From assembly GCA_964607415.1 (NCBI GenBank), contig CAZSKK010000003.1, forward strand, positions 3,693 to 67,692: a stretch of 64,000 bases of DNA, given 5' to 3'. This document shows positions 50,241 through 58,763 of the stretch, piece after piece (the stretch's first letter is position 1; each line of letters opens with the position of its first letter). Below the pieces are notes generated by a model that ran no database searches, was not told where the DNA came from, and saw only the letters and a program-made list of their open reading frames with translations. A program made the translations under genes and the position numbers. The stretch comes from an uncultured Candidatus Saccharibacteria bacterium (GTDB lineage Bacteria > Patescibacteriota > Dojkabacteria > J137).

Positions 50241-50816
50241 ATGGCTAATCCCACCCATGTTGCAATTGTAAATGAGGCATTGAAAAATCAAGCTGATGCA
50301 GGAAGAAAATTACAAAATGAGATTACAGAAGAAAAAGCAAATAGAGACACTTCTTATAAATCTCTTGAATATAAGCCTATTCCTATAATTCCCGTAGAGT
50401 TGTCATACAATAAATACGAACAGATGGATTTTGAGTCAATTCTACATGAAATTGATGAAATAAATTCAAACTACAAATCCGATCCAGCAGGAACAAACAA
50501 TAAAATCAGATGGTATCGTGAAAATCCCCAATCTCCACTTGCTAAATTAAAAACAGATTTAAGCTTAGCTATTGCAGAACAGATAAAATCTATCAATCAA
50601 AACAGCGAATCCCACCATGCCAATGAAGGTTTTATAGCAACTGTAATTAAATTTTCAGGTTCAGATTTACAAATTACTTTAAAAGGGCAGTATGGGATCG
50701 GTAATGTAAGTGGATTTATTACAGGAGGTGATGATATAGATCCAGCATTTCTTGATACGTTAACTTTTCTTGTACAAGGTTCACATGGAGGATTTGGTGT
50801 AAACTTACAAATGTAG
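50241..50816 (+). CDS. hypothetical protein
   Basis: 191 aa; TTGACT-16-TATAAT upstream. Confidence 0.6.
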   Translation: MANPTHVAIVNEALKNQADAGRKLQNEITEEKANRDTSYKSLEYKPIPIIPVELSYNKYEQMDFESILHEIDEINSNYKSDPAGTNNKIRWYRENPQSPLAKLKTDLSLAIAEQIKSINQNSESHHANEGFIATVIKFSGSDLQITLKGQYGIGNVSGFITGGDDIDPAFLDTLTFLVQGSHGGFGVNLQM

Positions 50817-50818
50817 TT

Positions 50819-51982
50819 TTACTTGAACTTATTCATCCAATCAGAATAAAACTTCAAATTATGAATTGTAGCAAGTCTTAGTCCACTTGATTCGTTAATT
50901 CGGATTAAATGTCTTAAATAACTTCTAGACACCGTTTTACAACATTCGCAATCACAATTTTCATCTACAGGCTTATCATCAAATTTATATCTTTCAGATC
51001 TTAAATGCAAAACATCGTATTTTAAGTTTTTATAGCCCTTTTGTACGTCGCCTTGTTCTTCTGAAACATATAAATATCCATGCCTTGCATTTCTGGTTGG
51101 CAAAACTGTATCAAATAAATGCCACCCAGTTTCTACACAAAATGCAATATCATCAGGTTGCCCAACGCCCATTGCATATTTGATTTTATCTTTAGGAATC
51201 AAATCCGACACAAATTGCAACATTTCTTTATAGAATTTTCCTTTGTCTTCATCATCTCTCCAGGTTAAACCTGAATTTAAAGGTACTCCACCAAAATTGT
51301 ATAAATCAAAATCTAAATCGATTAATTCTTTTGCGCTTTGTTTTCTAAGTTTAAAATCATCCCCACCTTGAATAACAGCCCCTAATAACGGTCTCAGGTT
51401 ACCCTCTCCTTTGGGACGAGAATGCATATTATGCATTCGGGCTGTTTTTTTTCCCCCATCACTTGACGACCCATGGAGCTCATCATACTTTTTCTTTGCC
51501 CTTTCAGCCCATTTTGTATTTATCCGAACACATTCTTTTCGCTCTTTTAAACTTGAATTCCCAATAATTGGGAAGTCCAGAACAGTCATTATATCCGATC
51601 CTAAATTATGTTGAATAACCATTGAAGATTCTGGAGTTAGTAAACTTGATTTTCCAGTATTAGGATCTATAAAACTACAACCTACTTCTGTTGCGGAATT
51701 CTGGGAGTTTCCACGTTTACTGTTTATTAAAGAAAAGACCTGCCAACCACCACTATCAGTTAATATGGGCCTATCCCAGCCAAAAAATTTATGAATTCCG
51801 CCAAATTTTTTTATAAACTGGCTGCCTATTTTTTGCTCAATGTGAAGTGTAGTGGTTACTATTTGTTCAATACCAGCATTTTTTGCATCCGCAAAGCTTA
51901 CGGTTTTAATTGAGCCATAAGTTGCATCCGGCATAAATGCCGGGAATTTTATCTCGCCGTGATTTGTAACCAATTTATCCAT
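50819..51982 (-). CDS. tgt: tRNA-guanine transglycosylase
   Basis: FPAFMPDAT, ILTDSGGWQVFSL, VIQGG, YAMGVG, FDTVLPTRNARHG, CDCECC, TIHNL. Confidence 0.93.
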   Translation of the reverse strand: MDKLVTNHGEIKFPAFMPDATYGSIKTVSFADAKNAGIEQIVTTTLHIEQKIGSQFIKKFGGIHKFFGWDRPILTDSGGWQVFSLINSKRGNSQNSATEVGCSFIDPNTGKSSLLTPESSMVIQHNLGSDIMTVLDFPIIGNSSLKERKECVRINTKWAERAKKKYDELHGSSSDGGKKTARMHNMHSRPKGEGNLRPLLGAVIQGGDDFKLRKQSAKELIDLDFDLYNFGGVPLNSGLTWRDDEDKGKFYKEMLQFVSDLIPKDKIKYAMGVGQPDDIAFCVETGWHLFDTVLPTRNARHGYLYVSEEQGDVQKGYKNLKYDVLHLRSERYKFDDKPVDENCDCECCKTVSRSYLRHLIRINESSGLRLATIHNLKFYSDWMNKFK

Positions 51983-51996
51983 GGTGTAATATAGAG

Positions 51997-52512
51997 CTAA
52001 TTTACAAATTTCGCAACACACTTAAAACCATACATCCCGTGAGATGTCTCCAAAGGATATAAAATGTCTAATTCTGATTTAAGTATTCCAATCTTATCTC
52101 TTATTTTTCCCAAAATCTCTTCTGCTTTTTGCTTACTTCCACATACAAAATTGAATTCAATAATAGCGTACCCTTTAACATACTCGTAATCTGCTGTATC
52201 CAATTTAGTATTTAAAGCATGGATTTTTGTCTGCGTATTTTCCTGGAGCTGTTCGATTGTAATAGATGGAAATCTATTTTTATATTTCTCATACTTTTTT
52301 ATCAAACCAATTCCTGAAGACTCATATCTTAATTCAACAATTCGAGCAGGAATTTCCTTGTAATCATCAATTGTAGATCTGGTTATTTGAATTCCACCAG
52401 CTAATAGTCCCAATTCATCTGTAGAAAAAGATTTAAGGAAATCATAAAACTCGTTACTTTTTTGCTCAAATAAAGGAACTGTGGGTTCGGAGTCAAAATC
52501 TAAATTAGGCAT
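51997..52512 (-). CDS. hypothetical protein, paralog of 52568-53143
   Basis: Shares RSTI.D, P.IT.E and A..EY..G.A.IE..FV blocks with its neighbour. Confidence 0.7.
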   Translation of the reverse strand: MPNLDFDSEPTVPLFEQKSNEFYDFLKSFSTDELGLLAGGIQITRSTIDDYKEIPARIVELRYESSGIGLIKKYEKYKNRFPSITIEQLQENTQTKIHALNTKLDTADYEYVKGYAIIEFNFVCGSKQKAEEILGKIRDKIGILKSELDILYPLETSHGMYGFKCVAKFVN

Positions 52513-52567
52513 AAAAAGCTAACTTGCTAATAAATTAATTTAGCAATTATAGCATCCCAATCAATAA

Positions 52568-53143
52568 TTATTGTTCCTGTAAATGTGCATAGCTTTCCGG
52601 GCTTCCAAATTCAAAAGTACAAGTTATTTGGTACACACCACTACCCAAAGGCTCTTCCTTTATTAAAATTAATCTGCCTTGAAAATCTTGCGCGTTTTTA
52701 TTAAAGTCTTTTTTAAGCCAGCTTTCTGCAGTAGCCTGATTTTTGCCAACAAAAGTAAGTTCTATTCTGGCAATGCCTTCAGCATACTCGCTTTCAGCTT
52801 TCTCCATTCTGCCATTCAATTTATCTATTTGCTCTATTATAGTTTCTCTGATGTACTCAACTGTGATAGTAGGATGATCTGCAACTAGAGACTTGTATTC
52901 ATCAGTCAAATTTTCTTCTGTCAAACGTAGTTTTAAACCAGCTATTTGCGTTTGACAATTTAAGCGATCACTGATTGTTGATCTTAAAATTACAACACTT
53001 GCCTCCGACCTATAATCCTCAGCGTTCTCAACCAAATACAAAACAAATTCTTCAAAAGCTTTTGCGTTTTTTTCAAACTCTGGAATGTTTTCAAAGGAAG
53101 CTCCTGCACTATCTGGTATTGGAGGAAGGTTATCATCAGGCAT
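52568..53143 (-). CDS. hypothetical protein, paralog of 51997-52512
   Basis: ATG 53143 (MPDDNL); same conserved blocks. Confidence 0.7.
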   Translation of the reverse strand: MPDDNLPPIPDSAGASFENIPEFEKNAKAFEEFVLYLVENAEDYRSEASVVILRSTISDRLNCQTQIAGLKLRLTEENLTDEYKSLVADHPTITVEYIRETIIEQIDKLNGRMEKAESEYAEGIARIELTFVGKNQATAESWLKKDFNKNAQDFQGRLILIKEEPLGSGVYQITCTFEFGSPESYAHLQEQ

Positions 53144-53327
53144 ATCGGTGTTTTTAAATACGGAAATTATACAACAGAAAATCAATAGTTTGAAATTTTA
53201 ATCAGTAAGTAAGAACACCCAAGTTCTACAATGAATTACCATTAATTACAACCTAATAAGATTTATGAATCTTTTTACAATGTTATAATAATTTTAAAAT
53301 CTACATTTTTAATTTTACATTTTTTGC

Positions 53328-53900
53328 ATGTACCCAAATATTACTCTTCAAATAAAAAATCATAAGCCTTTGATAGTTTTTAAGCCAAACGAAAGTGAAA
53401 GTAAAGTAATAACAGAAAAAATAGAAGACATTGCAGATATTATGATCAACCTTGCTAAAAAACTGGACCTTGAAAATGAGATTGCATCTCAAATCAATGA
53501 TAGAGAAATTATTATTGAAAACCTACTTCAACTGGCAAGGGAATCTGATGAAACTAAAGTAAGTGCATATACAGATTTAGATGCAACCAGTACAGAGTTT
53601 GAGCTTAAGAAAGCAGTAGATAGCTTTTTTAAAAATGCTGAAAACGAAAAAGAAGATTTTGATGCGATTGTAGAAGCATCGGTTCAAGTAAAAAAAGAAC
53701 TCCAAAGAAATCAAAATTCTGATATTTTCGCTGCCGGATTGGATGCCATTTATAATATCTTGATTGCAAAGACATTAATTGCTGCGGAACAGCTAGGCAT
53801 TGGAACAATAAAACTTGACGATGAGCATGAAAATATAAGACTTTATGAAAAAATGGTCCAAGAGCTTTCCAAGATTGGGATTTCTTTAAATGAAGATTAA
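53328..53900 (+). CDS. hypothetical protein, weak resemblance to the TsaD/Kae1 C-terminal lobe
   Basis: SDIFAAGLDAIYNILIAKTLIAAEQLGIGTI. Confidence 0.5.
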   Translation: MYPNITLQIKNHKPLIVFKPNESESKVITEKIEDIADIMINLAKKLDLENEIASQINDREIIIENLLQLARESDETKVSAYTDLDATSTEFELKKAVDSFFKNAENEKEDFDAIVEASVQVKKELQRNQNSDIFAAGLDAIYNILIAKTLIAAEQLGIGTIKLDDEHENIRLYEKMVQELSKIGISLNED

Positions 53901-53908
53901 AAATATTT

Positions 53909-54439
53909 ATGAAAGAACTAGCAACATTAGCTTCGGGATGTTTTTGGTGCACAGAAGCAATTTTTAAAAGAGTAAACGGTGTAATTTCAGCCACATCTGG
54001 ATATTCAGGGGGAAATATTGAAAATCCAACCTATGAAATGCTGCATACAATGGATACAGGTCACGCAGAAGCAGTTCAAATCGAATTTAATCCAGAAATC
54101 ATTTCTTACAAAGACATTTTATACATCTTTTTTAAAACTCATGATCCAACAACATTAAATAGACAAGGAAATGATGTCGGAGAAGAGTATAGATCAGCGA
54201 TTTTTTACCATAATAAAAATCAGAAAAAAATCGCTGAAGAAATGAAAAAAGAGCTCGAGAAAAACAAAACATTTAAAGATCCTATAGTAAGTGCAATCGA
54301 GCCATACAAAAACTTTTACAAAGCTGAAGAAGATCAACAAGACTTCTATCAGAAGAATCCTAACGCTGGCTACTGCCGAGTTATTATAGACCCTAAAGTA
54401 AGGAAGTTTATGGAAGAATTTGAAGAGAATCTTAAATAA
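53909..54439 (+). CDS. msrA: peptide-methionine (S)-S-oxide reductase
   Basis: GCFWC, GYSGG, GHAEAVQ, HDPTTLNRQGNDVG. Confidence 0.96.
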   Translation: MKELATLASGCFWCTEAIFKRVNGVISATSGYSGGNIENPTYEMLHTMDTGHAEAVQIEFNPEIISYKDILYIFFKTHDPTTLNRQGNDVGEEYRSAIFYHNKNQKKIAEEMKKELEKNKTFKDPIVSAIEPYKNFYKAEEDQQDFYQKNPNAGYCRVIIDPKVRKFMEEFEENLK

Positions 54440-54513
54440 CCCCTCCTGGTGCTACGCACCTTCCTCCCCTTTAATTAAAGGGGAGGTGGCTCGGAGAGCC
54501 GGAGGGGTTATTA
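54435..54513. repeat. multi-stem palindromic repeat
   Basis: aataacccctcc..cctcccctttaattaaaggggagg..ggaggggttatt. Confidence 0.75.
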
Positions 54514-54561
54514 ATTGTTCGAATTTCGTAATTCGTATTTCGAGTTTGACAGCTTTAGCTG

Positions 54562-55248
54562 TTAGCCATATTTCTCAAAAAACACATGTCCTTCCGGAAT
54601 CCCCAGTCCTTTTAACACGTCCTGCATGTCAAATATCATTTGGTTTACACCACAGATGTAAAATTGTGTATCCGATACGTACTCACTTTTTTTCGGTAAA
54701 ACTTTTGTAACTCTTCCCTCAATTGTATATTCATCATAAGCTTCAGGCTGACTTATACATCTATAAAACTTAAAGTTTTTATAACCTAAAAACTTTTTAA
54801 AATAACTATCATACGCTTTGTTATCGGCTAAAGTCCTGGTTCCCAAAAAGAATTCAATTTCATTATCTGCATTATCTTGCAGCAATTTATCAATCATTGG
54901 AATAAAAGGCACAAGGCCTGTTCCTGTTGCAATAAAAACCTGTTTTGGAGCAGAGTAGTTACATTTAAAAACACCAAGAGGAAGTAGAGCCGTAGTACCT
55001 TCACCAATCTTCGCATTCGCAAAAAATTGTGATCCAGGCCCTCCAGGAGATAAATCTACGATCAATGTCATTAGCCCATTTTTAACCTCTAGAATTGAAT
55101 AAGATCTTCTTAAAGGCGGTTTAACAACAATACTTGCAAATTGTCCCGGTTCAAAAACCAAATCCTTTGGAACAATGTATTTATACTCCCAGACATTTTT
55201 TGTAAGTTGAGATTTTTCGGATAATGTGATCTGTGTGTTGTATACCAT
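54562..55248 (-). CDS. FAD/NAD(P)-binding oxidoreductase (ferredoxin-NADP reductase family)
   Basis: PGQF, RRSYSI, GGPGS, IATGTGLVPF, FYICG, terminal FEKY. Confidence 0.9.
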   Translation of the reverse strand: MVYNTQITLSEKSQLTKNVWEYKYIVPKDLVFEPGQFASIVVKPPLRRSYSILEVKNGLMTLIVDLSPGGPGSQFFANAKIGEGTTALLPLGVFKCNYSAPKQVFIATGTGLVPFIPMIDKLLQDNADNEIEFFLGTRTLADNKAYDSYFKKFLGYKNFKFYRCISQPEAYDEYTIEGRVTKVLPKKSEYVSDTQFYICGVNQMIFDMQDVLKGLGIPEGHVFFEKYG

Positions 55249-55453
55249 AAATTGATTTTAAACTAAAATATTATAGCAGAAGCCAGAGACCAGAAGTCAG
55301 TAAATAGAAATGAAATAACTGGCTCCCGTCCTCTGACCTCCAACCTCTATTCTGGTATAATATCCTTAAATTTAGAGCTAATTGCTAAAGCGCTATAGCT
55401 ATTAGCCATTTACCATCGACATGGGACTCAACTTATAATTTAAGCTTTTACAA

Positions 55454-56398
55454 ATGATCTCTATATTAATTACAGCCTGGAAAGAGGATAAAACAATTGC
55501 TAAATGTATTCGTTCAATTGCAGATAGCGAATATTCTGGAATAGTTCAGCCATTCGAGATTTTGCTTGCCTGTCCGGATGAGCAGACAAGATTGGAAGCC
55601 GAAAAAGAAATTAAAAGGCTTGGTTTAAAAGATAAATTCACGCATGTTAAGGATCCAGGGAAAGGAAAACCTACAGCACTAAACATGCTAATGGAAAAAG
55701 CAAAAGGTCAGATTTGGATTTTTACAGATGGTGATGTTTACTTTGGTGAAAATGCTGTTAGAAATCTTGTTGTAGAATTTAATGATAAATCAGTCAAACT
55801 AACTACTGGTAGGCCTGTATCTGGTGATACTAAAAGTAATATTATGGGCTATTTTGGACATTTACTTGCAGACGCAGCTGACCATAAAAGAAAACTTGAG
55901 TTATCCGATAACCCAGTGGGAAAAAGCACAAAATTAATAAAAAAAGTGGGCTTTTTCCCTGTGAGTGGCTATATTTATGCAATGCGTGCAGATAAATCAA
56001 TAAAATTTCCTGTAGATACGCTTGTGGATGATGCATACATTTCATATTTAGTATTTAATAATGGAGGGAAAATTGCGTACGCAGAAGATGCCATTGCCTA
56101 CATAAAATACGCGACAAATCTTAAGGATTATTTTAAGCAAAAGAAAAGGTCAACAGGAGGTTACGTTCAGCTTTGGGAATATGGCCTTGTAAAACCTGAA
56201 ACCAAAACTAGATCAGTAAAAAAAGAGCTGGAGTACTTCTGGTTTCCGTTTAAATATGCTAAAAACCTTAAAGAATTAGCTTGGTCTATTTGTTTATATC
56301 CTATAAGATTGTGGCTTTGGATTATGATTATTTGGGAACGTAGAGTGGTAAAGAAAGATTTTGTTAAGACCTGGGTTAGAGTAGAGAGCACCAAGTAG
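55454..56398 (+). CDS. family 2 glycosyltransferase
   Basis: ISILITAWKE, GKPTALN, FTDGD, VDDA, QKKRS. Confidence 0.88.
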   Translation: MISILITAWKEDKTIAKCIRSIADSEYSGIVQPFEILLACPDEQTRLEAEKEIKRLGLKDKFTHVKDPGKGKPTALNMLMEKAKGQIWIFTDGDVYFGENAVRNLVVEFNDKSVKLTTGRPVSGDTKSNIMGYFGHLLADAADHKRKLELSDNPVGKSTKLIKKVGFFPVSGYIYAMRADKSIKFPVDTLVDDAYISYLVFNNGGKIAYAEDAIAYIKYATNLKDYFKQKKRSTGGYVQLWEYGLVKPETKTRSVKKELEYFWFPFKYAKNLKELAWSICLYPIRLWLWIMIIWERRVVKKDFVKTWVRVESTK

Positions 56399-56581
56399 TC
56401 TTCAGTTCTTAATTGTCAGTTCTCAGAATAACCTATTGGGAAATATAAATATGTTCGTTCCTAGTATAAATTCCTAATGACCAGAAGACTAGCAATTTTC
56501 AATTTCAAAGCATCAATTTTCAAGTTAGTCACTTTGAAAATTCTTTACATTTGTAAATTGATAATTTATCTCTAAACTTTC

Positions 56582-56821
56582 ATGCCAAATAATTTAAACG
56601 ATGAGCTGTCAGAAAACGACACCCAGGAATATAGATTTGAGTTAAAGTTTACAGAAGCAATTGCACATAACGCTGCAGCAATTTTAATTTGCTTTGTTTG
56701 CTCAACTTTACTTTATTGTCACGATTTAGAAAAGGAAGCAGAAGTTTTTGCAGTACTTGGCTCAATCTTTGCACTAAATTTAGTACGGCTCGAATTCATG
56801 TATAACCAAAACGAACAGTAG
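56582..56821 (+). CDS. small 2-TM hypothetical protein
   Basis: 79 aa, two hydrophobic segments. Confidence 0.5.
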   Translation: MPNNLNDELSENDTQEYRFELKFTEAIAHNAAAILICFVCSTLLYCHDLEKEAEVFAVLGSIFALNLVRLEFMYNQNEQ

Positions 56822-56869
56822 TAATTTCCAAACACGTGAACTCGTTAACCCGCGAACTCTTTAACAATT

Positions 56870-57532
56870 TCACCATTCTATTTCCCCCAATCCTTTACTT
56901 TTTAAATATTCGTTTGCTTTACTAAATGGTTTACTGCCGAAGAACCCGCGATCAGCTGAAAATGGTGAAGGGTGTGCAGATTTGATTATAAAGTGCTTTG
57001 AAGAATCAATTAATGCTTCCTTTTTTTGCGCGTAAGCTCCCCATAAAAAGAAAACAACATGCTCTTTTTTTTCAGAAACTATCCTAATTACTTCATCTGT
57101 AAATTGTTCCCAACCCTTACCTTGATGCGATGCAGGCTCTCCTTTTCTAACAGTTAACGTTGCATTTAAAAGTAAAACTCCTTGCCTTGCCCAACGGGTC
57201 AAATCACCAGTTTTAGGTGGTTCTACTCCTAAATCGGCTTTCAGCTCTTTATAGATATTAATTAATGATGGCGGAATTCTTTGCTCTGGATTTACTGAAA
57301 AAGCTAGCCCATTAGCAACTCCAGGTGTATGGTATGGGTCCTGGCCAATAATTACCAATCTTACCTTATCAAAAGGGCATTCATCAAATGCTCTAAATAT
57401 AAAATTGCCTTTAGGAAAAACTACTTTTGAAGAGTATTCATCTTTAACAAACTTTGTAAGCTCGTTAAAATATGACTTTTCAAACTCCTGCTCTAATACT
57501 TTTTTCCAAGAAGTCTCAATTTGTACGGACAT
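56870..57532 (-). CDS. ung: uracil-DNA glycosylase (family 1)
   Basis: GQDPYH, PPSLINIYKEL, GVLLLN, HPSPFS. Confidence 0.97.
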   Translation of the reverse strand: MSVQIETSWKKVLEQEFEKSYFNELTKFVKDEYSSKVVFPKGNFIFRAFDECPFDKVRLVIIGQDPYHTPGVANGLAFSVNPEQRIPPSLINIYKELKADLGVEPPKTGDLTRWARQGVLLLNATLTVRKGEPASHQGKGWEQFTDEVIRIVSEKKEHVVFFLWGAYAQKKEALIDSSKHFIIKSAHPSPFSADRGFFGSKPFSKANEYLKSKGLGEIEW

Positions 57533-57655
57533 ATAGTGATAAGTTAATTTGTCAATTAGTTAAAGGTCAATTTGTGGTCAGAATTAATTAACTGTAAACC
57601 AATTAACCAGTTAACTTTAACCAAAACCCTAACTCGTAAACCCAGAAACAACTCG

Positions 57656-58597
57656 CTAACACATAACACAATACACCTTCCCCTCCGACTCAAATTTACC
57701 AACCAATTTAAACCCAAATCTTTCAAACTTTTCTAAAACCTTTGTAACATTTGAATATTTAACAAAAACATCAATATTTTCAGTTTTTCCTTTTACAACT
57801 TCCCACTTCTGAATAAGCTCTTTTGATGTTTTTATGCCTACTACCAAGCATGATTCTTCCTTTCTAATTCTTAAAAGCTCTTTTATAAACTCAGTTTCGT
57901 GATCTTCTGAAATACTATTCCAAAAACTATCAATCCAAATCAAATCAAATGCTTTTTCTTTGTAATTATTCTTAAAAAACTCTTTAGATATTAAATTTGA
58001 CTTTATATTTAAGTTTGTTTTTACATATTTTACAGCATTTTTGGAAACATCAATTCCGAATATTCTGAAATTATTTTTAATAAAGTGTTTTAATAATTTC
58101 TGGGAATCAATTCCAATGAATAAAATTTGGTGTTTCACACTATCGGACAGTATTTGGCTACTTTCAATACTGGCAAATATTTCGTGGAACATAGTTTTCT
58201 TTTCTTTAAACTCATGGTCATTCTTTTCTAAAATTGCTTTAAAGTACTTGTTTTTAAATATTGCCAAAGATTTACTTATATATTTATAGTCAAAGCTATT
58301 TTGTGCTCTTAATTTTTTAACCTCGGCTCTTATTTGTTTCAATTTCCATAAAAATATTGGTCCACGGTTTTCAAACCTGGAATCAACCGCAAAGCTATAT
58401 GCCTGCTCCATCAAAGATCTTTCGACACTTTTAGCAAGGCGCATATAAATTTTAAGATTACCAAGGTCGTTTAAGTCATGTGCCAATCTATAAGCGTATG
58501 CCTGAAATTCATGTGACGGATGGCGTTTACCATCAGAAATTCCGCTTTGGAAATCATGAGAAATTAATAAATCTTTTGCTGATTTAATTGCAGACAT
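57656..58597 (-). CDS. helical N-terminal domain fused to a degenerate class I SAM-methyltransferase-like domain
   Basis: HEFQAYAYRLAHDLND..IYMRLAK; ILFIG, IFGIDVSKNAV, AFDLIW. Confidence 0.55.
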   Translation of the reverse strand: MSAIKSAKDLLISHDFQSGISDGKRHPSHEFQAYAYRLAHDLNDLGNLKIYMRLAKSVERSLMEQAYSFAVDSRFENRGPIFLWKLKQIRAEVKKLRAQNSFDYKYISKSLAIFKNKYFKAILEKNDHEFKEKKTMFHEIFASIESSQILSDSVKHQILFIGIDSQKLLKHFIKNNFRIFGIDVSKNAVKYVKTNLNIKSNLISKEFFKNNYKEKAFDLIWIDSFWNSISEDHETEFIKELLRIRKEESCLVVGIKTSKELIQKWEVVKGKTENIDVFVKYSNVTKVLEKFERFGFKLVGKFESEGKVYCVMC

Positions 58598-58650
58598 TAA
58601 AAAAGATTAAAGAATTAGAATGTTTAGCAATAACCCCTCCTTTAATTCCT

Positions 58651-58734
58651 CCTGAGAGTGCATATTATGCACTCGAATGAAGCTATAGAGGTTCGGTTTT
58701 AGCTGCACTCAAATGCACAATGTGCATTTTCGGG
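58651..58734. mobile_element. MITE-like double-hairpin element, copy C, nested in a palindromic repeat
   Basis: CCTGAGA-gtgcatattatgcac-TCGAATGAAGCTA...TAGCTGCACTCAA-atgcacaatgtgcat-TTTCGGG. Confidence 0.65.
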
Positions 58735-58763
58735 TGGCTTTAGCCGCTGGGGTTATTCCAAAG

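Noticed and set aside
43586-50816. Prophage or integrative element at tRNA-Cys
   Set aside because: No integrase, phage genes or distal att repeat in the window; gpmI lies within the interval
48681-50816. Integron cassette array
   Set aside because: No attC-like inverted repeats between the ORFs and no integrase
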